Of a stretch of 64,000 nucleotides of DNA, positions 1 to 10,536 are shown piece after piece. Each line of letters starts with the position of its first letter. Positions within the stretch are counted from its first letter, which is position 1. The notes under the pieces are model-generated. The model was given only the letters and a program-made list of their open reading frames with translations. It ran no database searches and was not told where the DNA came from. The stretch is from Minisyncoccota bacterium (lineage in GTDB: Bacteria; Patescibacteriota; Minisyncoccia; Phycocordibacterales; UBA9973), in NCBI GenBank assembly GCA_025453495.1, contig JALOQM010000001.1, forward strand, positions 155,161-219,160, read 5' to 3'. The position numbers and the translations under genes are program-made.

Positions 1-882
1 ACCAAGCTTCTTTCGCAGTATAACACCACCGTCCCTTTTTCGGCACTTTTGTCCTGTTCGACGATACGCCTCATGATGTAGGTGAAACCTACCACGTTCT
101 CCAGTAATAGTGCGATAATCAGACGTTGAATCTCCGGAGAAATCGATACCTTTTTTCAAAACTGTTTTCATTGCTGTAAACATACGTCGCATATTTTGCA
201 CGGGGATGTCTACTACTCGTTGTTCTGGATGTACGCCAGCATACCAGAGTATTTCATCAGAGTAGATATTGCCGATGCCGGCAATAACTGTCTGGTCCAT
301 AAGGGCGACTTTAATTTTTTGGTTTGGTTTTTTTGCAAGCACACTACTAAATTGCGTGAATGTAAACGCACGATCAAGTGGTTCAGGTCCGATTGCGCCA
401 AGATGCGAGGATGTGTCAATTGTGTGAGTATTCGCAAACACCAATTTGCCAAATTTTCTCGTATCAGAGAATGCAAGATGTTTGCCATTTGATAAAGAAA
501 ATAAGACATGAATAAAGCGATTGAAGGGATCTTCAAGTGGTCCTTTCTCATGAGGTTTCCAGGTGCCTGCTTTGAGTGAACTTGAAGGGTTTTTGTATGT
601 GTATTTTCCATAGAGAAGATGTCCTGTCATCTTCATGTGTATGAGCATCGTGACCTTTCCAGATAGATCGATCAAGATATTTTTTGCTCGACGTCTCACC
701 CGAAGCACCTTTTTGCCAATAATCGCATTTTTAAATGCAGCAAAATAGGCAGGATTTTTTATATCTTCATTCTTTTTGTTTGTGTGCGTCTGAAGATCAC
801 TCCAGATATCTATAATCTTGAGACCTGGGAGGACTTTTTGTAGTCCTGAAACTGTTGTGTGTACTTCTGGAAGCTCTGGCAT
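1..882 (-). CDS. mutM: Formamidopyrimidine-DNA glycosylase Fpg/MutM (3' end runs off the window)
   Basis: Hand translation from ATG at 882 (frame not in ORF track): MPELPEV N-terminus, HMKMTG, DTRKFG, GPEPL, LMDQTVIAGIGNIYSDEILW H2TH motif; open to position 1. Confidence 0.95.
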   Translation of the reverse strand, partial: MPELPEVHTTVSGLQKVLPGLKIIDIWSDLQTHTNKKNEDIKNPAYFAAFKNAIIGKKVLRVRRRAKNILIDLSGKVTMLIHMKMTGHLLYGKYTYKNPSSSLKAGTWKPHEKGPLEDPFNRFIHVLFSLSNGKHLAFSDTRKFGKLVFANTHTIDTSSHLGAIGPEPLDRAFTFTQFSSVLAKKPNQKIKVALMDQTVIAGIGNIYSDEILWYAGVHPEQRVVDIPVQNMRRMFTAMKTVLKKGIDFSGDSTSDYRTITGERGRFHLHHEAYRRTGQKCRKRDGGVILRKKLG

Positions 883-938
883 TTTTCTATTGTAGCAAAA
901 GCACACGCTCTAAAAGTATTTCTGCTATACTTACACTC

Positions 939-1484
939 ATGATTATTGGCATTACAGGCACTATTGGGGCAGGTAAAGGGACTGTCGCAAGGTATTTAGA
1001 AGAAAAAGGGTTCAAGAATTTTTCGGTACGGGAATTTCTTCTTGAGGAGCTTTCTAAACGCGGTCTCCCACACGATCGTGAACACATGACACCTCTTGCC
1101 AATGAACTCCGAAGGACGTACGGTCCAGCACACATTATCCAAACGTTGTATGCAAAAGCAGGGCAGTACACAGGCAACAGCATCATTGAGTCAATCCGCA
1201 ATGAAGGTGAGATACTATTCCTGAAAACAAAACCCGACTTTCATTTACTAGCTGTTGATGCTGATCAAAAAGTGCGCTACAACCGGATTGTACTCCGCGG
1301 AAGTACGACGGATGCCGTCACCTTTGAAACATTCCAGGCACAAGAAGAGAAGGAATCGAAAGGAGTAAATCCCTGGGAGCAGAACCTCAGTGTATGTATC
1401 GCCAATGCAGATGCCATTTTTGTGAATAATGGAACGTTTGATGAACTCAAATTGCAAGTAGAAAAGTACCTAGATATGCAGTGA
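939..1484 (+). CDS. P-loop nucleotide kinase (dephospho-CoA kinase-like)
   Basis: MIIGITGTIGAGKGT Walker A at N-terminus; start moved from 855 to ATG 939. Confidence 0.75.
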   Translation: MIIGITGTIGAGKGTVARYLEEKGFKNFSVREFLLEELSKRGLPHDREHMTPLANELRRTYGPAHIIQTLYAKAGQYTGNSIIESIRNEGEILFLKTKPDFHLLAVDADQKVRYNRIVLRGSTTDAVTFETFQAQEEKESKGVNPWEQNLSVCIANADAIFVNNGTFDELKLQVEKYLDMQ

Positions 1485-1620
1485 CAAAAAAATTTTCAAA
1501 GTCACTTTAATTTAAAAAAGCTCTGCATTGGTCGAGAATTGAGCTAAAGGTATGTATTGTATTACGTTCTATTGTTAATTTCATAAAATAAGTAATCGCA
1601 TATTTTTGTGAAAAAAACGA

Positions 1621-2193
1621 TCATGCTTTACCTAGAATTTTGAGCGCCTCTTTTACTCGCGCACTTGTATCAGTAATTTCTGATGAAACTTCTTTGAGCG
1701 CATCGCGCGCTTCTTGTTGGGAGTAGCCGAGAGAACGGAGTGCTTCAAGTGCGTCTGTCTCTGTGCGTGTTATGACACCACTTGCGTCTTTGTGCTCAGT
1801 AAGTTTGTCACGAAGTTCAATGATTATCTTCTCGGCAGTTTTTTTGCCGATACCAGACACTTTTGTCAGGTATGAGGTGTCGCCCGAGGCAATAGCTTTT
1901 TTGAGGCTGGCAACAGAACCGACAGCGACGATGCCAAGTGCACCCTTTGGGCCGATACCCGAAACATCAAGAAGCATTTCAAAAAAAGAAAGTTCTTCAA
2001 GTGAATCAAAGCCATAGAGCTCCATGGCATTTTCTCGGACAGCAAGATAAGTGAAGAATGTTCCGCGGTCATTGTTCTTTGATCGAGTGAGTGTCTCTGG
2101 TATGGTGTACACTTTGTACCCAATACCACCGACATCAATAATAAGATATTTATCGGTACGCAAGCGTATAGTGCCGTCTAGGTAGGAAATCAT
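1621..2193 (-). CDS. ruvA: Holliday junction branch migration protein RuvA
   Basis: MISYLDG..GGIGYKV, LYGF, VSGIGPKGAL, GIGKKTAEKIIIEL, ALRSLGYS. Confidence 0.97.
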   Translation of the reverse strand: MISYLDGTIRLRTDKYLIIDVGGIGYKVYTIPETLTRSKNNDRGTFFTYLAVRENAMELYGFDSLEELSFFEMLLDVSGIGPKGALGIVAVGSVASLKKAIASGDTSYLTKVSGIGKKTAEKIIIELRDKLTEHKDASGVITRTETDALEALRSLGYSQQEARDALKEVSSEITDTSARVKEALKILGKA

Positions 2194-2293
2194 GTATCTT
2201 AGTATATATGAAATACAGACAGTTTCCCATGGCGGTATTGATTGCGCTTTTGTCTAGTATTTGGTATGCTACTGTGCATTAATCAATTCAATT

Positions 2294-2545
2294 ATGCCAA
2301 TCACCAAATCAGCAAAAAAGGCGCTCCGTTCATCCCTTAAGAAAAAGATGGTCAATGATCGTGTCAAAAGAGCGATGAAAGATTCTATAAAGAAAGTCGC
2401 GAAGCTTGTCAAAGAAAAAAAGGCGGAGGCAAAAGAATTTGTCCCAGCTGCGTATAAAGCGATCGACAAGGCACTCAAAAAAGGTGTCATCAAGAAGAAC
2501 AACGCCGCACGGAAGAAGTCATCTGTTTCGAGGATGACTAAATAA
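2294..2545 (+). CDS. rpsT: 30S ribosomal protein S20
   Basis: MPITKSAKKALR...IDKALKKGVIKKNNAARKKS. Confidence 0.97.
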   Translation: MPITKSAKKALRSSLKKKMVNDRVKRAMKDSIKKVAKLVKEKKAEAKEFVPAAYKAIDKALKKGVIKKNNAARKKSSVSRMTK

Positions 2546-2790
2546 CAAAAAGTCCCGCTTTATGCGGATTTTTTGTATGACTCCTCCACTCGTTCCTGCT
2601 TCAGCAACACTACTCACTACGAAAGAAAGCCGGTGTGGCATGAGTATTTGAATACACCAAATGGCGTATATCCGTGTTTCACAAAGACGGTCGGGCAAAA
2701 AAGAACACTGAACCGTAAAATGAGTACAGTCATAACAATAAGCGGAGCAAGATACTACAGCTTCTTTTTTGAAAATGATATACTTTTTCT

Positions 2791-3054
2791 ATGAGACACT
2801 TGTATGAATTTTATGGTACCGAATGCCCGCACTGCATCGACATGCGAACACTTGTTGAGAAACTAAAGAAAGAAGAAAAGATCGAAATTGAAAGTCTTGA
2901 GGTTTGGCACAATGATGAGAATATGAAAAAGCTCGAATCAATGGATAAAGATATGTGCGGTGGGGTGCCTTTCTTTATCAATACACAGACAAACAAATTC
3001 ATCTGTGGTGAAGCAAGTTACGAAGAGTTAAAAGCCTGGGCAAAAGGAGAATAA
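2791..3054 (+). CDS. Thioredoxin/glutaredoxin-like protein
   Basis: CPHC motif and GVPFF cis-Pro loop. Confidence 0.85.
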   Translation: MRHLYEFYGTECPHCIDMRTLVEKLKKEEKIEIESLEVWHNDENMKKLESMDKDMCGGVPFFINTQTNKFICGEASYEELKAWAKGE

Positions 3055-3088
3055 GACTTTTTAAAATATACAAAGTAGGCAGAAATTG

Positions 3089-3664
3089 TTAGACACTCTT
3101 TGCTGATCTCTTTTTTCTTTTTACATACCAAAGAATCATGACAAATGAGATAGTTGCTGTCGCGACCATAATACCAATGAGCGCAGTGAAACCAAATATC
3201 CCAGCGACAAAACCTCCGATAAATGCTGCGACACCTTGAAAGATGTCTTTGAGTGCTTCAAACTGCCCCCATTGATATGTCTCGACTGCATCTATTGTAT
3301 TGTCTTCAAGTTCAGCATCAAAAGCAGGGTCAGCAATTGCATTGCCAAGTGCAGCCAATACTTGCGCGATAAAGAGCGTTGTGATATTTGAGATAATAAA
3401 GTACGCTCCAATACCCACAAGCCAAATAAACCATCCGAAGGTAAGTAGCAAGAATCTATTTTTTTGACTCCATTGTAGTCGATGAATGAGCAGGGTTGAG
3501 ATACCTGAAATGATATAAAAGACCGCGACTGCGCCTGAAGCTTCAAGGATATCACCACCGATTTTTTGTACGAAGATGGCGTAAATTGGGATAATGATAC
3601 CTTCAGAGAAAGTTGATAGACCGTACGAGGAAATAAGAAGACGGAAAAAAAATTTTGATTTCAT
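3089..3664 (-). CDS. Half-size (6-TM) MFS-like membrane protein
   Basis: Six hydrophobic segments with an MFS N-domain-like pattern. Confidence 0.65.
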   Translation of the reverse strand: MKSKFFFRLLISSYGLSTFSEGIIIPIYAIFVQKIGGDILEASGAVAVFYIISGISTLLIHRLQWSQKNRFLLLTFGWFIWLVGIGAYFIISNITTLFIAQVLAALGNAIADPAFDAELEDNTIDAVETYQWGQFEALKDIFQGVAAFIGGFVAGIFGFTALIGIMVATATISFVMILWYVKRKKRSAKSV

Positions 3665-3825
3665 ATAAGTAGTATATATTACTTTTGCATGAGATATAAG
3701 ACATGAAATAAGATGTATAGATGCATTTTTTCATATTTTCAAATTAATACAAGTATGTTGTTGTAACGTATAGATTTTAGAATCACAAACAGTATATATT
3801 CGCAAATAAAAAAAGGAGGACAATA

Positions 3826-5076
3826 ATGCATGACCCGTATGCGGAATTTACTAAGCATGTTCTGAAAAATGGACTTGAAGTCCATTTTCAATCCTTGAAT
3901 TGTCCATGGATCAGAATAGAAATCGTCGTTCACAGTGGTGGACGAGAAGATCCAGTAGCGATACCTGGACTTGCTCACTTCGTAGAACACCTCGTTAGTC
4001 AAAATATTCCTAACAGAGAATTTAATCATGTAAGAGAGTTTTTTGAAAACTGCGGCGGTTCGGCTCATTTTGGTACCATAGACTATCTATCGACTCAATA
4101 TGGTTTCTTTATTCCAGCTGATCTCGCTATTCTCCGTGAGGTGCTCGAAATTTTTGGTTCAATGCTACTCCAAGCAAGAATTGAAAAGGACATTGAACGC
4201 GAGAGAGAAGTAATCTCACGTCAATTTAATGAAAAATATCCAATTGCCGAAATACTAGAGCTTCAAATAGATATGTACAGAACTCTCTTCAAAGGACATC
4301 GACTTGAAACATGGAATGCACCAATTGGTCGCCCGGAAGGATTTCTTTCGGCAACACAAGGTGACTTACAAAATTTCTACGATACACACTATGTTCCAGC
4401 AAATATGAGCCTAGTTATTATCAGTGGTATCAAAATTGCAGAGATGATAGCTGAACTTGAAAAGAGTCCGCTTGGAATCAAGAAAGATGGTAATCGGAAT
4501 CCAATTTCTAAGGGATGTAATAAGCCTTTAATTTCCGAGCAAAAAACAAGAACCCTAAAGTTTTCTGATTTTTCTAACCTTACGGTTAACCAAATAACAT
4601 ATAGAGTAACATGGGCTCTTCCACCTTCCTTTCACGGACAAGTCTGTAGAATTTTTAGTTTGGTTCTTGATGAGATTTTGTTTAGTGAAATTCGTGAAAA
4701 ACGAAGTCTTACCTACGATATCCATACTTCATATACGTCTTTTCAAGATATATACGAGTATACGATTGTTGGAAGAATTAATCCTGATGCCTCATCATAC
4801 ATTGAAGAACTTGTATATGAATGTATCTCGTTGGTTTCATCAAGACGTGAGTTATTTGATCGAAAATGTAAGTCACTCAAGCAGAGATGTTTTATGGTTG
4901 ATCTTGTTGGGTGGGAATTAGCTCGATTCGCAGCTGAAGATTTAATTGTCCGTCATCGAATTCTTCTAATACAGGAAGGTTTAGATGAATTGAATGGAGT
5001 GACATTTGACATGATTGTTGCATTTGCAACATTTCTTGCTTCTGCACCAAAGTACACATTTATCACGGTTCCATAA
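3826..5076 (+). CDS. M16 (insulinase/pitrilysin) family metallopeptidase
   Basis: GLAHFVEHL inverted HxxEH motif; LFSEIREKRSLTY C-terminal motif. Confidence 0.9.
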   Translation: MHDPYAEFTKHVLKNGLEVHFQSLNCPWIRIEIVVHSGGREDPVAIPGLAHFVEHLVSQNIPNREFNHVREFFENCGGSAHFGTIDYLSTQYGFFIPADLAILREVLEIFGSMLLQARIEKDIEREREVISRQFNEKYPIAEILELQIDMYRTLFKGHRLETWNAPIGRPEGFLSATQGDLQNFYDTHYVPANMSLVIISGIKIAEMIAELEKSPLGIKKDGNRNPISKGCNKPLISEQKTRTLKFSDFSNLTVNQITYRVTWALPPSFHGQVCRIFSLVLDEILFSEIREKRSLTYDIHTSYTSFQDIYEYTIVGRINPDASSYIEELVYECISLVSSRRELFDRKCKSLKQRCFMVDLVGWELARFAAEDLIVRHRILLIQEGLDELNGVTFDMIVAFATFLASAPKYTFITVP

Positions 5077-5134
5077 AAAAGTAATGATACAACAAAGACC
5101 GCCGAGGTTAAACACTCGACGGTCTCTTTTATTG

Positions 5135-5206
5135 TGCCCTCGCCAGGAATCGAACCTGGATCGCAAGCTCCGCAAGCTAGCATTCTATCCATTAAACTAC
5201 GAGGAC
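5135..5206 (-). tRNA. tRNA-Arg(GCG)
   Basis: Reverse complement GTCCTCG TAGTTTAATGGATAGAAT G CTAGC TT GCG GA GCTTG CGAT CCAGG TTCGATT CCTGG CGAGGGC A; no encoded CCA. Confidence 0.93.
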
Positions 5207-5253
5207 GATTTTTTCTCGAACGGAGTTATATTAGCACAGCCTTGATTTTGAGG

Positions 5254-5718
5254 CTAGAAGCCAAGGTAGTCCATAATTTTGTGAGCTGTTGGCTCATCCC
5301 TATGCTCTTCTGGGAGATACACAGAGAGTACTTCACGTACACGAACTGGATCAGTGTCACCAAGCGGCACACTGATGAGCGGCACTACTGAACGGTTTGA
5401 CATAACAAAGAGAATACTCTCAGCTTCTTTCTCTAGAATAAAAAATGATTTCAATCTTGCGTAGGGATATTTTTCTCGTCCAAGCTCGACATCTTTTGCA
5501 GTAATTTTAAATAGGATCGTTTCAGGTGAGCGGACAGCAAGAAATCCCAAAACCAAGGCAGCAAGTATGATGAATATTGCGAAAAGATAATTTTTATAGA
5601 TGATCGCGGTAACTGCGCTTGCGACAGCAATGACACCAAGCGCCCAAAACCAGTCGACTGATCGATTTTTCTCACGATATTCTGGAGCTGACCATTCGAG
5701 TGTTGGTTTTTCTTCCAT
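5254..5718 (-). CDS. Conserved CPR-type 2-TM hypothetical protein
   Basis: MEEKPTLEWSAPEY..RSVDWFW, two TM helices, C-terminal MDYLGF; start moved to ATG 5718. Confidence 0.75.
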   Translation of the reverse strand: MEEKPTLEWSAPEYREKNRSVDWFWALGVIAVASAVTAIIYKNYLFAIFIILAALVLGFLAVRSPETILFKITAKDVELGREKYPYARLKSFFILEKEAESILFVMSNRSVVPLISVPLGDTDPVRVREVLSVYLPEEHRDEPTAHKIMDYLGF

Positions 5719-5765
5719 ACATACTAACTGTAGCAAATCGTTTTCCGAAAGACTAGGTACTATAC

Positions 5766-5797
5766 AAAACAAAAAGCCCGTAAGGGCTTTTTGTTTT
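5766..5797. terminator. Intrinsic terminator-like hairpin
   Basis: AAAACAAAAAGCCC-GTAA-GGGCTTTTTGTTTT perfect inverted repeat. Confidence 0.75.
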
Positions 5798-5832
5798 AGT
5801 GCCATGTCGATAGCAACGGTCTGTAGTATACA

Positions 5833-6606
5833 CTATTCTGTTTTTTCAGGGAAGGCTAGTTTGAGATCTTCCTTTGCTTTTTCAAGAGTTATTTTGAAAT
5901 CTTGTGCTGCTTGTCTAAAACTCTCATTACGGACTTCAATGAGTGGCTTTAGTACTTCGCCACGTTTTTCGAGTGCTTTTCTATCAGCTTGTAGCTTCTC
6001 TTTTGCGGTTTTGGCGCTCGTCATGAGAACCTCCTTTACTGTTTTTGGGTCGACGCCAGCTTGACAATCAGCAACTGCCTTATCCTGTGCTGCCTGCATT
6101 GCCACTTTGAACTCACTAATCATAGTGTCTACTTCTGTTCTTTGTGATACGACAGCACTGTCGACGCTGTCACGATAGAGTGCAATCGCACTGTCGATCG
6201 CACTCTTGCGAGTTGCGAGAGCGGATGCAAATGTAGATTTAAATGTCGAAACTGCTGCTTTTTGCTCGTCAGTTGTCGCACGAGCTTCAAGCTTTGCAAA
6301 ATGCTCGTTTATATTTTCATCTCTTTCGAGACGTTTTTCTGCAAGTTTCGCATCGCGCTCTTTCCATCTGTCTTCTATTTTTATTTCATTTTGATCACGG
6401 CGTGCTTTGAGCTGTGTCTCTTGCGCATACATGCGCTCTTTTGAGTTTACGCCAAATGTTGTGACGCGTGCACAAATATTTTTTCCTTCAGGGCGTGCGC
6501 CTCCACGCGGTGGCAGTTCATTTGCAAAAGCGAGTGCTGGAGCGAGGAACTGGACTGCGACGAGGAGTGCAATAGTTTTTTTAAACATATTAGATACTAT
6601 TTTCAT
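5833..6606 (-). CDS. Secreted coiled-coil hypothetical protein
   Basis: Signal peptide (..APALAFA) followed by a long A/K/E-rich helical region. Confidence 0.75.
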   Translation of the reverse strand: MKIVSNMFKKTIALLVAVQFLAPALAFANELPPRGGARPEGKNICARVTTFGVNSKERMYAQETQLKARRDQNEIKIEDRWKERDAKLAEKRLERDENINEHFAKLEARATTDEQKAAVSTFKSTFASALATRKSAIDSAIALYRDSVDSAVVSQRTEVDTMISEFKVAMQAAQDKAVADCQAGVDPKTVKEVLMTSAKTAKEKLQADRKALEKRGEVLKPLIEVRNESFRQAAQDFKITLEKAKEDLKLAFPEKTE

Positions 6607-6904
6607 TTATCGATTGATCAAATCCAGTAGTGTCATCCGCTGGAATTTGATCCGTTTCGGATGCTGCATATTGATCTTCATTGCCGGTCGATCGGTCGAT
6701 TGCTTCAAAGAGATCGTTGACACTTCCTGTGGCTCTTGGAAGTTCTGCGTGTATTGTTGAAGTATTGTTTTCAGCCTGCCCTGTTTGTGTATCGCTACGA
6801 TTTACGGTGCCACGCGGCCCTCTGTGTATGAGGACTACAATGATGACGATAGCTATAGCAGCGATAAGAGTAAGAAGTATTTTAAATTTTGATGTCATAT
6901 GCAC
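6590..6904 (-). CDS. Membrane-anchored hypothetical protein
   Basis: N-terminal TM helix and acidic low-complexity tail; overlaps next gene start. Confidence 0.65.
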   Translation of the reverse strand: MHMTSKFKILLTLIAAIAIVIIVVLIHRGPRGTVNRSDTQTGQAENNTSTIHAELPRATGSVNDLFEAIDRSTGNEDQYAASETDQIPADDTTGFDQSINENSI

Positions 6905-7032
6905 ACTATTTTATAATTTGATCGATCACATTATTTCTAATAATCAGAGGTCCGACCAAGGCCCTCTTCTCTTACTGACGATTGTACCCTACACTTTATG
7001 ACAATACAAAGTTTTATTTCTGTGGTCTAATT

Positions 7033-7185
7033 TTATTGGACCTCAATGCCATTATCACGCATGCCGGCGTCACTATCAGTTTTGGTTTGTGGGACAAAAG
7101 TATTTTTCTTCTGGTTACTTTTGACCATGACAACAGCGATAGCAAAGATGATAAAGAGTATAACAATGATTATTTTTTTGATCAT
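7033..7185 (-). CDS. Small (50 aa) single-TM protein
   Basis: Hand translation MIKKIIIVILFIIFAIAVVMVKSNQKK...GIEVQ*; below ORF-track cutoff. Confidence 0.55.
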   Translation of the reverse strand: MIKKIIIVILFIIFAIAVVMVKSNQKKNTFVPQTKTDSDAGMRDNGIEVQ

Positions 7186-7220
7186 GGTTTGATTATAGTC
7201 CTCTGGTATACTATGTGTCT

Positions 7221-8363
7221 ATGCAATCTGATATATATACTGCATCTGTAGAGCTGCATGCAAAACATGGCGGCAAGCTCGAAACAAAGAGCAAAATTCC
7301 GCTTACGACAAAAGAAGCACTTTCTTTGGCATATACGCCAGGTGTGGCGGAGGTATCACGACGAATCGCGACCGATCCGTCACTCGCTCGAAGCCTTACA
7401 CTAAAAGGCAATACAATTGCGGTGGTAACTGATGGCTCAGCGATTCTCGGACTTGGTGATCTCGGACCACTTGCTGCACTACCGGTCATGGAAGGGAAGG
7501 CTGCGATTTTCAAGGAATTTGGTGGCGTAGACGCATTTCCGATTTGTCTTACTACACAAGATCCCGAAGAGATTATTGCAATAGTTAAAAATATCGCGCC
7601 GACATTTGGTGGTATCAACCTCGAAGACATTTCCGCGCCAAAATGCTTCATGATTGAGGAGCGTCTACGTGCCGAACTTCCGATCCCTGTGATGCACGAT
7701 GATCAGTGGGGAGCAGCGACAGTCACACTTTCGGCACTTATTAATGCACTTTCGCTTCGCGGACTTACCAAAGAAGAAGCACGAGTGGTTGTAAATGGTG
7801 TCGGCGCTGCTGGTGTGGCTATTGGAAGACTCCTGCATGTGTACGGTATAGTGAATACTATTTTTTGTGACAGTAAAGGGATTATTCACGCTGGTCGTAG
7901 TGATCTCACAAAAGAAAAGAAAGAATTGCTAGATGGCAGCGCTCTTTTGCTAAGTGAAGGATCGCTTGCTGATGCACTAGCTGGTGCGCATGTATTCATC
8001 GGTGTTTCAAAGGCCGGTGCTCTTACTCAGGCTATGGTTCGCACAATGGCGCTGCACCCAATCATTTTCGGTCTTGCAAATCCGACGCCCGAGATCATGC
8101 CTGATGAGGCAAAGGCAGCTGGAGCATTTATTGTTGCGACTGGGCGATCTGATTTTCCAAACCAGATTAACAATTCGCTTGTATTTCCTGGGGCATTTCA
8201 AGGTATGCTTCGGGCTGGTATTCCTCAATTTTCAAATGCTGTCTTTATCAGAATTGCAGAAGCACTCGCGCGGTCTGTCAATACTCCTTCACCAGAAAAA
8301 ATTCTGCCATCAATGTTTGATGAAGGAGTCGTTGCGTTGGTGTCTGAGACAGTACAGGGATAG
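7221..8363 (+). CDS. NAD(P)-dependent malic enzyme
   Basis: AYTPGVA, VTDGSAILGLGDLG, PVMEGKA, INLEDI, HDDQ, GVGAAG, ANPTPEI, TGRSDFPNQINN. Confidence 0.95.
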   Translation: MQSDIYTASVELHAKHGGKLETKSKIPLTTKEALSLAYTPGVAEVSRRIATDPSLARSLTLKGNTIAVVTDGSAILGLGDLGPLAALPVMEGKAAIFKEFGGVDAFPICLTTQDPEEIIAIVKNIAPTFGGINLEDISAPKCFMIEERLRAELPIPVMHDDQWGAATVTLSALINALSLRGLTKEEARVVVNGVGAAGVAIGRLLHVYGIVNTIFCDSKGIIHAGRSDLTKEKKELLDGSALLLSEGSLADALAGAHVFIGVSKAGALTQAMVRTMALHPIIFGLANPTPEIMPDEAKAAGAFIVATGRSDFPNQINNSLVFPGAFQGMLRAGIPQFSNAVFIRIAEALARSVNTPSPEKILPSMFDEGVVALVSETVQG

Positions 8364-8416
8364 TGCATTACCATAGCACTGTTGACACATATAATCTCAA
8401 ATAGCACAATATAATT

Positions 8417-9305
8417 ATGAATCAAGAAGTTGCGCCGTATAGCACAGGAGTGCTGACCGCTACGCCGGAGGTACCTGAATCTCATACACAAGAAGCGTCA
8501 CTTATGCCGCAGCTGTGCTTACGACTCTTGCCTCAAAAGTAGTGAATATGACTCACGACTCGATACTCTTATAAGAAGCAGAGATGACACAGCAGCAAAA
8601 TTGGCTAGTGTTTGGCAAATGCTCAACCTGCCACCACTCACGGAGATACCACCGAGTCTCAAGCATATTGAAGGTAAGATACATGAGATCAACGAGGAAA
8701 AAGCAACATCGAGAAACGCACTCGTGAAATTATGGCACAAGAAGAGAAACAGGCGCTCGTTAGTATGGAAGAGACACGTCTTATCAATGAGGAGATCGCC
8801 CGATTAAGAAAAAAATTTCTTTCGCTTGATAGAGAGAGGTAGTCACTCATTCTTGCTACCGGACGTATCCCATCTGGTGTCGAGCTGATTCTCCCGCGGG
8901 AAATACAGATGTCTCAGACCGAACAGGTTAAGATGTTTATCACTTGCGTACTAGAAGAGGAGCCCATCACGGAAAAAGACATTGCGGATGAGTCGGAAAC
9001 ATTTCGAGCCATGGAAGTATCTGTACGGAAAACCACCGAAGAGAATGTCGATACTGTGGTTTCACGCCTTGAAGCAGGGTCATCGGATATATTGACGGAT
9101 ATCGCCGCGCGGTGCTTTGTGAAGTTGACGAACTGCTTATAGGCTGTGAAGGAGGAAGTTGTGCTCCCGAATCGTTTTTGCAGCGTATAGAAGAACAAAA
9201 TCAAGAAACAGAAAAAGCACAGTCTGCTACAGAACAAATTGTGCAGACGTATACTCCGAACACACAATCAAATTAATTTTTTTTTCAGCACTCAACGTGC
9301 TATTA
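8417..9305 (+). pseudogene. Probable fragmented hypothetical gene
   Basis: Successive protein-like segments in different + frames (8417 ATG, 8601-8807, 8909-9142) separated by stops or frameshifts. Confidence 0.4.
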
Positions 9306-9755
9306 GTGTGGACGTGATGTACCAAGGAGTGTCGTAAATGGGTCAATGGAGATGCCACCGGAGAAATCCCCGAAGCGTGCCCACTTCGGCGTGATCTTGA
9401 TGAATCGGATGTTTGAGTGGAGTGTTTCAATCGGCGCGGTTTTCCCTTTGAGTGTTTGTTCGAGGAGTTTGATGTATATATCCTTAGCGCCGTTCAATTC
9501 TTCTATTTCCTCCGCTATGCCGGTCATCTGAAGCGTCTGGGCAGGCTCTGTCGAATATACGACAAAGGTTACTTCAGGCTGTTCTTTTATGTTTTCGAAT
9601 TTTGTGCTATTGGTGCGGGTATTGAAGTACAGGTGCAAACCATCGTCAAATGTATAATACACAGCCGCTGACTCCATGCCGTGTGAACCGCGCGTCGATA
9701 TGACGCCGATAGTATTTTTTTTGAGAAAGTCGCGTACGTCTTCCGGGATATCCAT
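9303..9755 (-). CDS. Pyridoxamine 5'-phosphate oxidase-like (FMN split-barrel) protein
   Basis: GVIST..., LYFNT..STKFENIKEQPEVTF..LQMTG pattern. Confidence 0.8.
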   Translation of the reverse strand: MDIPEDVRDFLKKNTIGVISTRGSHGMESAAVYYTFDDGLHLYFNTRTNSTKFENIKEQPEVTFVVYSTEPAQTLQMTGIAEEIEELNGAKDIYIKLLEQTLKGKTAPIETLHSNIRFIKITPKWARFGDFSGGISIDPFTTLLGTSRPH

Positions 9756-9906
9756 ATAGGCACATTGTACGGATCTCTATGTCAGTTGTCGAGCATACTG
9801 GTTGTTTTCGGCAAAAGTAGAGAGTATTGAGAATATGTGGTTTTCTCGTATGTGGTAATTATTGGCACGATATATACAATCTTTTTATAGTAAGCCCAGG
9901 TGTTCC

Positions 9907-10317
9907 TTAGAGCATATACTGCACATACTCTACTTCAATCTCTTTATCTTCCGCATATTGTATTTCCGATCTGACACCGAGTGAGTGCTCAAAACCAGGA
10001 AGGACGTAGAGTTTGGTGATGAGTCCAGATTGTATGACGCCTTTGTAGAAGATTTCAAATTTTGCCGCATACTCACGCGGCGCGTTATCATGATAGATAT
10101 CAAGATACGGTGTCTGATCAAATACCTGGTGGCCATCCGCTTCAAGTTCGGCAATCATATTTTTCATCACAGAGAGATTGTGCTCAAACTCATCAGTGTC
10201 GACACCAAGTACGCCCGATACCATCACAAAAGAGCCACCAAGAGCGTGCATGTTGGCAAGTGCAGTATCATGCAGGCGAGTGTAATAGTATGTGGAATTT
10301 GTATCGTATGTTTCCAT
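9907..10317 (-). CDS. Hypothetical protein (DUF4406/nucleoside deoxyribosyltransferase-like fold possible)
   Basis: VMVSG...LYVLPGFEHSLGVRSEIQYA resembles the LPGWExSxGAxxE motif. Confidence 0.55.
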   Translation of the reverse strand: METYDTNSTYYYTRLHDTALANMHALGGSFVMVSGVLGVDTDEFEHNLSVMKNMIAELEADGHQVFDQTPYLDIYHDNAPREYAAKFEIFYKGVIQSGLITKLYVLPGFEHSLGVRSEIQYAEDKEIEVEYVQYML

Positions 10318-10536
10318 TATGTATAAGTGTAAATAAAGTATCGAAAAATTAATTTCTTGTATGCACTAAACACATACTTACTGTATTAATTTACAAGTAA
10401 TATTGGGCATAGCAAAGTTACAACACTGTACACTAAGCATTTCTTTAAATATATTTAGTAATCACAGTATAGTGCTTTTCTATATTTAAATTATCTATTT
10501 GTCTGTCTGGAGTTTTGACTATGCTATCATGTCAAT

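Noticed and set aside
196-611. ORF-track calls 196-492 (+) and 213-611 (-), and similar short overlapping ORFs throughout
   Set aside because: Shadow frames of mutM, ileS and other well-supported genes.
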